From the NCBI GenBank assembly GCA_900539855.1, contig UQDO01000002.1, forward strand, positions 7,033 to 71,032: a stretch of 64,000 bases of DNA. The letters are read 5' to 3'. A model generated the notes under the pieces. That model saw only the letters and a list, made by a program, of their open reading frames with translations. It searched no databases and was not told the origin of the DNA. The stretch comes from an uncultured Oscillospiraceae bacterium. GTDB lineage: Bacteria > Bacillota > Clostridia > Oscillospirales > Acutalibacteraceae. The stretch's first letter is position 1; every line of letters starts with the position of its first letter. Below, in pieces: positions 8,998 to 18,670 of the stretch. The position numbers and the translations under genes were made by a program.

Positions 8998-10125
8998 TCA
9001 GCCCTTATTATATTTCTCGACAACTTTCTTTATGCGATCGATAGGATTAAGCAATGTGCTTATTGAATTGTCGTAGTTTATGGTATCGATTATATAAGCG
9101 ACATACTTCGACATATCAACGCGTGAGTACCACTCCTTTGTCATGAGCTCCTCATTGCCGTAGACAAGGTTGGTAGTGAATATTTTATCAATAAGACCGT
9201 CCTTATAGAACTGGTCAAACTTCTCATAGCCCTCAACGAACAGACCGAATGTAGTGAACGCAAAGACGCGGTTGCAGTTCTTTGCCTTTAACTTGGCTGC
9301 GATATCGAGCAGAGAGTCGCCGGACGAGATCATATCGTCGACAATTATAAGATCCTTTCCGGTAACGTCATTGCCGAGGAATTCGTGTGCTTCGATCGGG
9401 TTGCGGCCGTCAACTACGACCGAGTAATTTCTGCGTTTGTAGAACATTCCGAGCTCAACGCCCAGAACCGATGAATAGTAGATGCAGCGCGACATGGCGC
9501 CTTCATCAGGCGACACGATCATGAGGTGGTCGCGGTCTATCCTTATATCGGGAACGGTACGGAGCAGCGCCTTTATCATCTGATATGTGGGCTGCACATT
9601 GTCAAAACCGCCGAGCGGTATAGCGTTGCATATACGCGGATCATGCGCATCAAATGTGATTATGTTCTTGACACCCATCGCGACCAGCTCCTGCAGGGCC
9701 ATGGCGCAGTCAAGCGACTCTCTCGCCGAACGGCGGTGCTGCCTGCCTTCATACAGCATCGGCATTATAACATTTATTCTCTTTGCCTTACCTCCGAGCG
9801 CCGCTATCACACGCTTAAGATCCTGAAAATGGTCGTCCGGGCTCATGGGCACGGTCTGTCCGTACATCTTATATGTGACGCCGTAGTTGAAGCAGTCACA
9901 GATAATAAATACGTCAAGACCTCTGGCTGTATGATCGATAAGACCCTTTGCCTCGCCCGTGCCGAATCTCGGGCACTGCGCGTTTATAACATAGGTGTGC
10001 TCATCGGGCATTCCGCGCCACTGGAGCAAATAATAATCCACCTTAGAGGCGAACTCCTCGCATCCGCGCATGGCAATTATAGCCATATCGCCGTACGGCA
10101 TGTGTTTAATGGTTAATGTCGACAT
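8998..10125 (-). CDS. Ribose-phosphate pyrophosphokinase family protein (divergent, extended)
   Basis: The PRPP-binding motif IIVDDMISSGDSL is present. The start is chosen at MSTLTIKH (ATG at 10125), preceded by a GGAGGAACGG RBS. The longer ORF beginning at 10194 lacks an RBS. Confidence 0.6.
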   Translation of the reverse strand: MSTLTIKHMPYGDMAIIAMRGCEEFASKVDYYLLQWRGMPDEHTYVINAQCPRFGTGEAKGLIDHTARGLDVFIICDCFNYGVTYKMYGQTVPMSPDDHFQDLKRVIAALGGKAKRINVIMPMLYEGRQHRRSARESLDCAMALQELVAMGVKNIITFDAHDPRICNAIPLGGFDNVQPTYQMIKALLRTVPDIRIDRDHLMIVSPDEGAMSRCIYYSSVLGVELGMFYKRRNYSVVVDGRNPIEAHEFLGNDVTGKDLIIVDDMISSGDSLLDIAAKLKAKNCNRVFAFTTFGLFVEGYEKFDQFYKDGLIDKIFTTNLVYGNEELMTKEWYSRVDMSKYVAYIIDTINYDNSISTLLNPIDRIKKVVEKYNKG

Positions 10126-10305
10126 TTTACCGTTCCTCCGCAAAACTATTTGATTTTTAAGAATGTACATCATTCCACCCGTTAATAATATCACATTATG
10201 TCGGTTTATAAAAGAGGGAAAACAATATTTTTTGAATTTTTTTGCGATATATATTATTGAAGATACCGCCCGTTTGCTTTATAATGGTCAAAAAGGGTGA
10301 TATGT

Positions 10306-10893
10306 ATGAAAAATGATGTAATATTAAGAATTGCTATCCCTGATGACGCAGAAGCACTGCTTGAAATTTATGCTCCTTATATAAAGGAAACTGCAATAAC
10401 CTTTGAGTATTCGGTGCCGGGCGTAGCGGAATTCAGAAAACGCATTGAAAACACGCTCAAAAAATACCCATATATAGTAGCCGAGGCAAACGGACAACCG
10501 GTAGGCTACGCCTACACCGGAGCCTTCAAGGCGCGTGCGGCATACAGCCACTCGGTCGAGACTTCGATATATATAGACAAAAGCTGCCGTCACGGCGGTA
10601 TAGGAAAGCTGCTTTACGAAAGAATCGAGGCAATAAGCAAAGCTCAGAATATAACAAACATGTACGCCTGCATAGCCGGCACAAAAACGCCGGACGAGCA
10701 TCTTGACAACAACAGCATTGGCTTTCATACACATATAGGCTATAAAGAGGTCGGAAAATTTCACAAATGCGGCCTTAAATTCGGCACATGGTACGACATG
10801 GTGTTCATGGAGAAGATAATAACCGAACATGAGGGCGTCGGTGATTTCATCCCGTTCCCGGAAACGGATTTTGACGAAATATTAAAAGTGTAA
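10306..10893 (+). CDS. GNAT family N-acetyltransferase (phosphinothricin/amino-acid acetyltransferase-like)
   Basis: The protein reads MKNDVILRIAIPDDAEALLEIY... and has a CoA-binding motif at RHGGIGKLL. The ATG at 10306 follows a purine-rich RBS. Confidence 0.7.
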   Translation: MKNDVILRIAIPDDAEALLEIYAPYIKETAITFEYSVPGVAEFRKRIENTLKKYPYIVAEANGQPVGYAYTGAFKARAAYSHSVETSIYIDKSCRHGGIGKLLYERIEAISKAQNITNMYACIAGTKTPDEHLDNNSIGFHTHIGYKEVGKFHKCGLKFGTWYDMVFMEKIITEHEGVGDFIPFPETDFDEILKV

Positions 10894-10915
10894 GAGAAAA
10901 TTAACGAAAACAGAT

Positions 10916-11664
10916 TTGACAAAAAAGGGTGCGGCGTATTCGGCGGCAAGACCGTCGTATCCGGATGAGCTGTTAAATGCCCTGTCAGAGGAAAACATAA
11001 TAGCTCCGGAAAGCACCGTTGCCGATATCGGTGCCGGGACAGGTGCTTTTTCATTGCAGCTTGCACGGCTTGCAGGCTCTGTTTTTTCCGTTGAGCCGAA
11101 CGGCGACATGAGAAACTACGCCGAAAGATACTTAAAGTCCGCAAAAACGTAAAGGTGATAAACGGCAGTGCAGAAAACACCGGGCTTGACGCAGTAAGCA
11201 TTGACTGCGTCACCGCAGCCAAGGCATTCCACTGGTTTAATAAAGCCGCTTTTTCCGAAGAATGTAAAAGGATCTTAAAGCCTGCCGGAGCAGTAGTGCT
11301 GGTCTGGAACATAAGGGATGAGGATGATCCGCTTATAAAGGAAAACTACGGGCTTAATAAAGTATACTGCAGCGGCTTTGGAACCCTTGGTGAAAAAACC
11401 GGATTTTCGAGAAAGAATCCCGGCGTTGTCGGTAATTTCTTCGGGTCACTTGGCGCAGACTTTAAACGTCTGACCCTTAAAAACAATCTTGCATATGACC
11501 TTGACACGTTTATTATGAGAAATTTTTCATCGTCATATGCGCCGACCGGCGGTGCCGAAAAAGCCGGTTATGAGAAGGCACTTAAAGAACTGTTCGAAAG
11601 CCATGCCGAAAGCGGCATGGTGCAATATCCTTATATAACCGAATGTTTTTACGGGAAAATTTAA
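10916..11664 (+). pseudogene. Class I SAM-dependent methyltransferase disrupted by a -1 frameshift in an A5 run (11143-11147)
   Basis: ORF 10916-11152 carries SAM motif I (VADIGAGTGAF). ORF 11155-11664 carries the rest of the fold. Inserting one A into gcAAAAAcg restores ...YLKSAKNVKVINGSAEN... as one continuous reading frame. Confidence 0.55.
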
Positions 11665-12542
11665 GTATATCTGAGCTTTTTTCTGAAGCTCCCCGGCGAT
11701 ATGCCCTTGAGGCTTTTAAACACGCTGATGTAATAGCTTGTCGAAGAAAAGCCGACCGCCATTGCGATTTCGGTAACGGTAATGTCGGTGGTGGCGAGGA
11801 GCCTTACCGACTCATTCACCCTGACGCGGTTAAGGTAATCTGAATATCCCATATGCATATATGACGAAAACAGCCGTGAAAAATAGCTGTAGCTCAACCC
11901 ACACCATTCGGCTGCGCTCTCGAGCGTCGCCTCGCCGTAAAAGCTGTCGGTATATTCCCTCGCCTTTCTGATGATCGCGGCAGCTGGCGACCCCGATGAC
12001 GGCACCGATATCTCACCTGCTATGTCATGCCAATACCTTATTATCCATGAGAAAATATGCATAACGTAGGCGCGTATGGCAAGCTCGTAACCAAACCTTT
12101 TCTCGCTGTGCTCGTCATATATTTCCGAAAAGACCTTATGCAGTCCGGCACATTCCAGAAGCTCCTTTTCAAAGAAACGCTTATGGCCGAAATTTTCAAA
12201 TATATAAGGTATAAGATATTCAAGCCCGGTGACAGTCTGTTCCGAGGAAAACAGCACCTGTGGCAAAAATTTGATACAAAGCAGCGTTCTGTCTCCATCC
12301 CCTGCCGTGCAGTGCGGTTCGCCGGAATTTATAATAACCGCCGTGTTTTCGGTCATGAGATATTCCTTGCCGCAGACATTGACCGAAACGTTGCCCTTTA
12401 CGGTGTAAAGCAGCTCTATATAATCGTGATAATGGAGCCTTCCCCACTTTGGAAGCATAGTGGTAAGGGGCATTATAAGGCACTGCACCGGCAGCGGCAG
12501 ATCGTTTTGCTTTTTTATTCCCTCATCAAACGGAGCGTCCAT
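11661..12542 (-). CDS. AraC family transcriptional regulator (cupin N-terminus plus HTH)
   Basis: The C-terminal HTH_AraC motifs are present at ...AEWCGLSYSYFSRLF...TEIAMAVGFSSTSYYISVFK. Confidence 0.75.
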   Translation of the reverse strand: MDAPFDEGIKKQNDLPLPVQCLIMPLTTMLPKWGRLHYHDYIELLYTVKGNVSVNVCGKEYLMTENTAVIINSGEPHCTAGDGDRTLLCIKFLPQVLFSSEQTVTGLEYLIPYIFENFGHKRFFEKELLECAGLHKVFSEIYDEHSEKRFGYELAIRAYVMHIFSWIIRYWHDIAGEISVPSSGSPAAAIIRKAREYTDSFYGEATLESAAEWCGLSYSYFSRLFSSYMHMGYSDYLNRVRVNESVRLLATTDITVTEIAMAVGFSSTSYYISVFKSLKGISPGSFRKKLRYT

Positions 12543-12677
12543 TTTATCGCCTCATGTAAAAATATTGATATTTTAAGACAAGGGTATTATAGCATAATGT
12601 ATTCCTTTGTGGTAGACTTTTCTTGGAATTTAAGCCGGAAATTCAAAAAACACAACGGCTTAGAGGAAGGGATACTT

Positions 12678-13751
12678 ATGGACAAAAAGCTTAAAATCGG
12701 ACTTATAGGCGCCGGAAATATCGCCTCGAGCTGCCACATGCCCGGCTATGCCCGTATGGACAATGCCGAGGTAGTCGCCGTCTGCGATGTAAAGCCGGAA
12801 AAAGCAAAAGCTCTTGCAGTAAAATACGGCATAGACAAGGTTTTTGAAAACTACCTTGACCTTATAAACATGCCGGGACTTGACGCAGTTGATATCTGCA
12901 CGCCAAACTACCTTCATTCTACCATTGCCGTTGAGGCACTCGATCACGGACTTCATGTTTTCTGTGAAAAGCCGGACGCCATAAGCGTCGCCGAAGCCGA
13001 AAAGATGAAGGCTGCCGCCGAAAAGAACGGCAAGGTACTTATGGTCATGAGAAACAACCGTTATATGCAGGTCAGCACATTCATGAAAAAGTACATAAAC
13101 GACGGCAAAATGGGTGAAATATATGCCGCGCGCTGCGGCTGGCAAAGACGCCGCGGTATCCCCGGCAAGGGCGGCTGGTTCACCACAAAGGCTCAGTCGG
13201 GCGGCGGTCCGCTTATCGATCTCGGAGTACATATGATAGACCTGACGATGTGGCTTATGGGCAGCCCGAAGCCGGTGTCGGTCACAGGCTGCACATATAC
13301 GAAATTTGCCGACAACGACGTTTCGGACTCGGTCAATTCAACCTTCGGCGAAAAAATGGCTGACGGTACATTTGACGTTGAGGATCTTGCGACCGGCTTC
13401 ATACGTTTTGACAACGGTGCTTCGCTGTCCATTGAGTTTTCATGGGCGTCCAACATTGAAAAAGAGGAACGCTATTTTGAACTGAGAGGCACAAAGTCCG
13501 GTGCCAAATGGACATCAGCCACTCAGAACCTCGCCATTTACAGTGAGGAATACGGCAAAACGGTAGACCTGCTGCCGAACATAGACAATCGCAGCGGCAC
13601 ACAGATACACGAAGCCAACCTGCGTCATTTTGCGGACGTCATACTGAACGGCGCAGAGCCTATGTTCGTGCCGGATCAGGGGATCAACATGATCCGCATA
13701 CTTGAGGCTATATACGAATCGGCAAGAACAGGCAAAGAGGTTAGGCTCTAA
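12678..13751 (+). CDS. Gfo/Idh/MocA family NAD(P)-dependent oxidoreductase
   Basis: The protein reads [20 protein letters not shown]... with the Rossmann motif GxGxxA and a GAGGAAGGG RBS. The 5' extension in the ORF track overlaps the AraC gene on the opposite strand and is rejected. Confidence 0.8.
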   Translation: MDKKLKIGLIGAGNIASSCHMPGYARMDNAEVVAVCDVKPEKAKALAVKYGIDKVFENYLDLINMPGLDAVDICTPNYLHSTIAVEALDHGLHVFCEKPDAISVAEAEKMKAAAEKNGKVLMVMRNNRYMQVSTFMKKYINDGKMGEIYAARCGWQRRRGIPGKGGWFTTKAQSGGGPLIDLGVHMIDLTMWLMGSPKPVSVTGCTYTKFADNDVSDSVNSTFGEKMADGTFDVEDLATGFIRFDNGASLSIEFSWASNIEKEERYFELRGTKSGAKWTSATQNLAIYSEEYGKTVDLLPNIDNRSGTQIHEANLRHFADVILNGAEPMFVPDQGINMIRILEAIYESARTGKEVRL

Positions 13752-13771
13752 AACTTAAAGGAGTGTTACAT

Positions 13772-14488
13772 ATGATAAGAGTTACTGTATGGAATGAATT
13801 CCGCCACGAAAAGTCAAGCGACAAGGTAAAGGCTATCTACCCCGACGGCATGCACAAGGTCATAGCCGACTTTTTGCAGTCCGATGACATTGAGGTGCGC
13901 ACCGCGACCCTCGACGAGCCGGAATGCGGTCTGACCAAAGAGGTTGTGGACAGCACCGATGTCATGATATGGTGGGGTCATATGCATCATGATCTTGTGC
14001 CGGACGAGATAGCCCTGAGAGTAAAGGAAGCGGTGCTCAAGGGAATGGGCATCATATTCCTTCATTCAGGCCATCATTCAAAGCCGTTCCGCTATCTGCT
14101 CGGCACTACATGCAACCTTTCGTGGCGCGAGAACGGCGATCTCGAACGTATATGGACAATTAATCCGGCTCATCCGATAGCTAAAGGCATCGGCAGGTAT
14201 TTTGAGCTTCCGCATGAGGAGACGTACGCCGAACCCTTCGCCATACCTAATCCCGATGAAGTGGTCTTTATGGGCTGGTATGAAGGCGGCGAACTCTTCC
14301 GTTCGGGCTGCACATTCCACCGTGAAAACGGCAGGATCTTCTATTTCCAGCCGGGTCACGAGTCGTTCCCGACCTTCTACGACAAAAATGTTAGGACCAT
14401 CATCCGCAACGCGGTATATTGGGCAGCCCCGGTCATCCGCAGTGAGGCGCTCTTATGCCCTCATATCAAAAAAATAGGCGAGGAGTAA
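13772..14488 (+). CDS. ThuA-like (trehalose-utilization / GATase1-like) family protein
   Basis: The protein reads [13 protein letters not shown]... and follows an AAGGAG RBS. ThuA-family proteins classically pair with a Gfo/Idh/MocA oxidoreductase, as seen here. Confidence 0.7.
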   Translation: MIRVTVWNEFRHEKSSDKVKAIYPDGMHKVIADFLQSDDIEVRTATLDEPECGLTKEVVDSTDVMIWWGHMHHDLVPDEIALRVKEAVLKGMGIIFLHSGHHSKPFRYLLGTTCNLSWRENGDLERIWTINPAHPIAKGIGRYFELPHEETYAEPFAIPNPDEVVFMGWYEGGELFRSGCTFHRENGRIFYFQPGHESFPTFYDKNVRTIIRNAVYWAAPVIRSEALLCPHIKKIGEE

Positions 14489-14537
14489 TTTTAATAAAGG
14501 CATGTGCGCGGCTGACGGCAGCGCCTAAAAAGTACAG

Positions 14538-14570
14538 GGTGGCGGAAATGTAAATTTCCGCCACCTTTTT
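14538..14570 (+). terminator. Rho-independent terminator after the ThuA-like gene
   Basis: The hairpin ggtggcggaaat-gtaa-atttccgccacc is followed by TTTTT. Confidence 0.5.
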
Positions 14571-14591
14571 AATAAATCCCGGACCGTTAAA

Positions 14592-14759
14592 TTTTAGTTT
14601 ATAGGCATAAGAAACCGAAAATCAAATTGTGCATTTGTAGGGAACGAGCCTCGAGTGTCGTTCCGCGCGGTTTCATTAGGTTTTAAGGAACGACACTCGA
14701 GGCTCGTTCCCTACGTCTATCAATTAATTATACGAATACCATTCACCTATAAACTAAAA
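14592..14759. repeat. Nested inverted-repeat (MITE/REP-like) element with the family termini TTTTAGTTTATAGG / CCTATAAACTAAAA
   Basis: The outer arms are a perfect 14-bp IR at 14592-14605 and 14746-14759. The inner arms are a perfect 28-bp IR at 14637-14664 and 14687-14714 around a 22-nt loop. Confidence 0.6.
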
Positions 14760-14944
14760 TTTAAACCAATCAGATCAAAAACCGGATGTGTTGTTGCATA
14801 ATGCATTGATCTGCCGGAATACGACATTTTCCATTTCCACCCATCTGACTCTACTCACAGTAGAGTCAGCGTGTAATGTCTATTCATTTTTCTATTGATA
14901 AAAGCGTGGGCTGCGCTATAATAAAGATGTAAGGGGCGGAGGGC

Positions 14945-16075
14945 ATGAAAAGGCAGATAAATTTCAGCGCTAATTTAAAGCATTACCGTACGCACGGCGG
15001 CATGACGCAGCGGCAGCTTGCCGAAAAAATCGGCTACACCGAAAAATCGGTCAGCAAATGGGAAAGCGGCAGCGGACTGCCCACTGTGGATATTTTACTG
15101 CAATTATGCGAACTGTTCGGTGTGTCTTTGGATGACATGGTATATGAAAAGATTTCCACCGGATTTATTTTGGGCATAGACGGCGGCGGCACAAAAACCG
15201 CCTTTTTGCTGACCGACGAAAACGGCGCGGTAATAAACAAGCTATACAAAGGCCCCTGCAACCCGAATGACATCGGGATGGAACGCGCCAAGGCGCTGCT
15301 TAAAGGCGGAATAGCCGAAATATGCGACGGCATCCCATATTCAAAAATAACAATATTTGCCGGACTTTCGGGCGGCGGACTTACCGGAGACAACGCGCAG
15401 GTACTGAACTCATTTTTCGGAAAATTCGGATTTTACGCATACGGCAACGGCAGTGATATAGAAAACCTTCTGGCTTTGGTGCAGAGCAAAAAATGCATAC
15501 TTGTCATAATGGGCACCGGATTTATAGTCTACGCGGTCGACGGAGAAAAAAGAAAGCGTATTTCGGGCTGGGGTCAGTTTTTTGACGAGGGCGGCAGCGG
15601 ATATACAATAGGAAGGGACGCCGTTACGGCGGCGCTTTGCTCAATAGACGGCAGCGGTGAAAAGACCGTTCTTGAGAGTATGCTTGAGGCGAGGCTCGGC
15701 GAGCCGGTCGACAGGCATGTGGCAGCGTTTTATAAAGGCGGTAAAAAATACATAGCCGAATTTGCCGACATTGTATTTACGGCAGCTAATGACGGCGACA
15801 AGACAGCATTTAAGATACTCCAAAAAAACATGGAGTTTGCGGCAGAAAAAATAAGGACCGCTGCGGCAGTGCTCGGTACAGAGGACGATCCGTCGCCGGT
15901 GCCCGTCCTGTTTTCAGGCGGGATCGCCAACAAAAGCGACATTTTATTTCCGCTTCTGAAGGGCTGTCTCAACGGCGTTTCGTGCACTCTTTCAAAAATA
16001 GAAGGTGAACCGGTCGAGGGCGCTCTTAAAATGGCTCGCAGAATACTGTGTGAGAAAAAAGAAAGGAAATGCTGA
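14945..16075 (+). CDS. Fusion protein: XRE-family HTH domain plus a BadF/BadG/BcsA/BcsR-type ATPase (GlcNAc/MurNAc-kinase-like)
   Basis: The N-terminus LKHYRTHGGMTQRQLAEKIGYTEKSVSKWESG is an XRE-type HTH. From ILGIDGGGTKTAF onward the protein has an ASKHA sugar-kinase fold of the BadF type. A GGAGGG RBS is present. Confidence 0.7.
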   Translation: MKRQINFSANLKHYRTHGGMTQRQLAEKIGYTEKSVSKWESGSGLPTVDILLQLCELFGVSLDDMVYEKISTGFILGIDGGGTKTAFLLTDENGAVINKLYKGPCNPNDIGMERAKALLKGGIAEICDGIPYSKITIFAGLSGGGLTGDNAQVLNSFFGKFGFYAYGNGSDIENLLALVQSKKCILVIMGTGFIVYAVDGEKRKRISGWGQFFDEGGSGYTIGRDAVTAALCSIDGSGEKTVLESMLEARLGEPVDRHVAAFYKGGKKYIAEFADIVFTAANDGDKTAFKILQKNMEFAAEKIRTAAAVLGTEDDPSPVPVLFSGGIANKSDILFPLLKGCLNGVSCTLSKIEGEPVEGALKMARRILCEKKERKC

Positions 16076-16076
16076 C

Positions 16077-17822
16077 ATGGAACGGGTAATTATCGACGGC
16101 GGAAAAAGCCGGTATCACATTGTGACAAGCCGTGTGCCGCATGACGCCGAAATATACGCGGCGTCGGTGCTTTATGAATATCTTTATAAAGCCACCGGTG
16201 TTTTGGTGCCTATGTTTTCAGATGTCATTCGCTGCCCAAAGCGTTCGCCCGAAATACTTATCGGCAGCGGTGTTCGCGGCATTACGGCCGACACAGGGGA
16301 CATTAAGGACGACGGATTTGTAATAAAGACCGCCGGTGAGGATATCATAATAGCCGGAAAAACACCGAGAGGCACAGTCTACGGCGTGTACTCATTTCTC
16401 GAAAGATACATAGGCTTCAAGTGCTTTACCAAGGATGTTGAAACCTTTGACTGCCTTGACCGGATCGCCGTGGAGGATATATCGATATCGTCCGAGCCGG
16501 CGTTTGAATATAGGGAAGTCTATTTCAGGCAGGCGTTCGATCCCGATTTCTGCATCAAAAACGGGCTTAATTCCAACTTAGCACCCATTCCTGCGGAAAA
16601 GGGCGGAAAGCTCAAGTTCTTCAATTTTCATCATTCCTTTAATGAGCTTGTGCCGCCTGAAGAGTACTATGACGAGCATCCGGAGTATTTTTCGCTGGCA
16701 GACGGCAAACGGCTCAAGGAGGACACGCAGCTATGCCTCAGCAACGGTGACGTTTTTAAAATCGCACGCAGGACCTTGAGAAAATGGATCACGGAAAATC
16801 CGACCTGCAAAGTCTTTTCGGTCGCACAGAACGATTGGCTGAACTACTGCACATGCGAAAACTGCAGGCGGCTTGACGACCGCTACGGCACGCCGGCTGC
16901 AAGCGTCATTGATTTTGTCAACCGCCTGGCTTACGACATAAAAGATGAATTTCCCGATGTGCTGCTGCACACCTTTGCCTATCAATATACGAAAAAGGCA
17001 CCTATCGGCATGAAGGTGGCGGATAATGTAATAGTAAGGCTCTGCAATATCGAATGCAGCTGGGGTATGCCTATGGATAAGCAGGCAGCCCTTGACCCTG
17101 CTTCGGACGCAGCAGGCTTTGTAAAAAACATTTCGGACTGGGGAGCCATGAGCCGTCACCTTTATATATGGGACTATGCCTGCAATTTCAGCAACTACCT
17201 CCTCCCCTTCCCGAATTACCGCACCATGCCGCGCAATCTGCGTCTTTACAAGACTTACAATGTTGCCGGCGTTTTGCAGCAGGGCAACTTTTCATACGGC
17301 GAAGCGGCAGGTCTTGCCGATCTCGAAAGCTATCTTGCGGCAAGGCTTCTTTGGGATCCCAACCGCGACGAAAACCGGTTGATCGACGAATTTTTAATCG
17401 GTGTGTACGGCAGGGAATGTTACCCGTTTATGAAGGAATATGTGGATATGCTTTGTGAAGCCGTAGACGGCAGGCGTTTGAGACTGTATCAGAACACGGA
17501 TGCGGACTATATCACCGATGAGCTTGTAAAAAGAGCCGAGGAATTGTTTTCTGAGGCGCTTTCTGTGGTAAAGAGCGAAAAAAGCCGGTGGTATTTAAGA
17601 AAGGAATACCTTACGGTGCTGTTTATGAAGGCAGCAAGAATGCCGCTTTGCGACCTGGAGCGCAGCCGTCTTATCGACCTTTTGTACAGCGGCGTAAAGG
17701 AATTCGGCATTACCGAGATAAGGGAAAGACGACCGCTCGATATATCCTTTGATAACTTAAGAAATTCGCAGTACGGTACGGCAAGAGACAACGAATATGT
17801 ACTGTACTATATCATGAAATAG
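16077..17822 (+). CDS. DUF4838-like putative glycoside hydrolase; function unknown
   Basis: The 581-aa ORF starts at MERVIIDGG and follows a GAAAGGAAA RBS. It has no signal peptide. The family assignment is from memory and weak. Confidence 0.5.
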   Translation: MERVIIDGGKSRYHIVTSRVPHDAEIYAASVLYEYLYKATGVLVPMFSDVIRCPKRSPEILIGSGVRGITADTGDIKDDGFVIKTAGEDIIIAGKTPRGTVYGVYSFLERYIGFKCFTKDVETFDCLDRIAVEDISISSEPAFEYREVYFRQAFDPDFCIKNGLNSNLAPIPAEKGGKLKFFNFHHSFNELVPPEEYYDEHPEYFSLADGKRLKEDTQLCLSNGDVFKIARRTLRKWITENPTCKVFSVAQNDWLNYCTCENCRRLDDRYGTPAASVIDFVNRLAYDIKDEFPDVLLHTFAYQYTKKAPIGMKVADNVIVRLCNIECSWGMPMDKQAALDPASDAAGFVKNISDWGAMSRHLYIWDYACNFSNYLLPFPNYRTMPRNLRLYKTYNVAGVLQQGNFSYGEAAGLADLESYLAARLLWDPNRDENRLIDEFLIGVYGRECYPFMKEYVDMLCEAVDGRRLRLYQNTDADYITDELVKRAEELFSEALSVVKSEKSRWYLRKEYLTVLFMKAARMPLCDLERSRLIDLLYSGVKEFGITEIRERRPLDISFDNLRNSQYGTARDNEYVLYYIMK

Positions 17823-17832
17823 AGGTTAAAAT

Positions 17833-18645
17833 ATGCTTAAGACCGAAATGAGAAACGAAAACTCAATGCACATAGACAAAATGGATACCCTATCGATGGT
17901 AAAACTCATAAACGAGGAAAATAAAAAATCGGTAAACGCCGTCGATGAGGCGCTCCCGGCAATAGCCGCGGTATGTGATGCGGCAGCCGCCAGCCTTGAA
18001 AAGGGCGGAAGGATATTTTATGTCGGTGCCGGAACGTCGGGACGCATAGGAGTAATGGACGCTGCCGAGTGTCCGCCCACCTTCGGTGTGGAAAAGGACA
18101 GGGTTATAGGCATTATCGCCGGCGGCGCAAAATGCATGACTATGGCTGCCGAAGCCGAGGAGGACAATGCAGAAGCCGGCAGAGAGGATATAGCCCGTTA
18201 CGGTCTCAATGAAAAGGATATAGTTATAGGCATTTCGGCGTCGGGCGGTGCGGATTATGTTGTGGGCGCGCTTTTGTACGCCAACAGCGTCGGAGCGTGC
18301 AGCGTCAGTATTTCAAGCAACAGCGACACCCCGATAGAGCATGCCGCAAAGCTCCACATAGTGGTCGACACCGGAGCCGAGGTCATAACCGGTTCAACAA
18401 GAATGAAGAGCGGTACGGCTCAGAAGCTTGTGCTCAATATGATCTCGACCGCAGCCATGGTGAAAACAGGCAAGGTGTATGAAAATCTTATGATAAATCT
18501 AAGACCCGGCAACCGCAAGCTAAAGCTGAGGATGATAGGCATTGTCAGTGAAATAGCCGGAAGTGATGCCGAAAACTCGGAAAAACTGCTTGATGCCAAT
18601 GGCTGGAACATCCGCAAGGCAGTAGAAGAAGAGACGAAAAAATGA
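17833..18645 (+). CDS. murQ: N-acetylmuramic acid 6-phosphate etherase (SIS domain)
   Basis: The protein matches MurQ/SIS at ...LINEENKKSVNAVDEALPAIAAV...GRIFYVGAGTSGRIGVMDAAECPPTFG... and is 270 aa. Confidence 0.75.
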   Translation: MLKTEMRNENSMHIDKMDTLSMVKLINEENKKSVNAVDEALPAIAAVCDAAAASLEKGGRIFYVGAGTSGRIGVMDAAECPPTFGVEKDRVIGIIAGGAKCMTMAAEAEEDNAEAGREDIARYGLNEKDIVIGISASGGADYVVGALLYANSVGACSVSISSNSDTPIEHAAKLHIVVDTGAEVITGSTRMKSGTAQKLVLNMISTAAMVKTGKVYENLMINLRPGNRKLKLRMIGIVSEIAGSDAENSEKLLDANGWNIRKAVEEETKK

Positions 18646-18670
18646 CCTTCGGTCTGACCGGAGGTCATTA
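18639..18670. repeat. 32-bp GC hairpin, left copy of a perfect direct repeat flanking the 234-bp element; probably also the murQ terminator
   Basis: The sequence aaatgaccttcggtctgaccggaggtcattac recurs identically at 18905-18936. On the minus strand the hairpin is followed by TTTTTT. Confidence 0.6.

Noticed and set aside
9526-10116. A 196-aa plus-strand ORF lies inside the prs-family gene. Many similar 60-200-aa antisense ORFs occur across the window, for example 3590-3952, 5482-5937, 36885-37517 and 61631-62239.
   Set aside because: These sit antisense to strongly supported genes, lack RBSs and show no recognisable motifs. They are typical GC-rich shadow ORFs.
10916-11664. The two methyltransferase ORFs were considered as two separate small genes.
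   Set aside because: Neither half is a complete fold, and a single-base indel in an A5 run joins them seamlessly. A frameshifted single gene is the more parsimonious reading.
12057-12677. The 5' extension of the 564-aa ORF on the plus strand overlaps the AraC gene.
   Set aside because: It lies antisense to a well-supported AraC gene, and no RBS precedes it. The Gfo/Idh/MocA domain starts at MDKKLK (12678) with a good RBS, so the extension is taken as a spurious read-through of an open frame.
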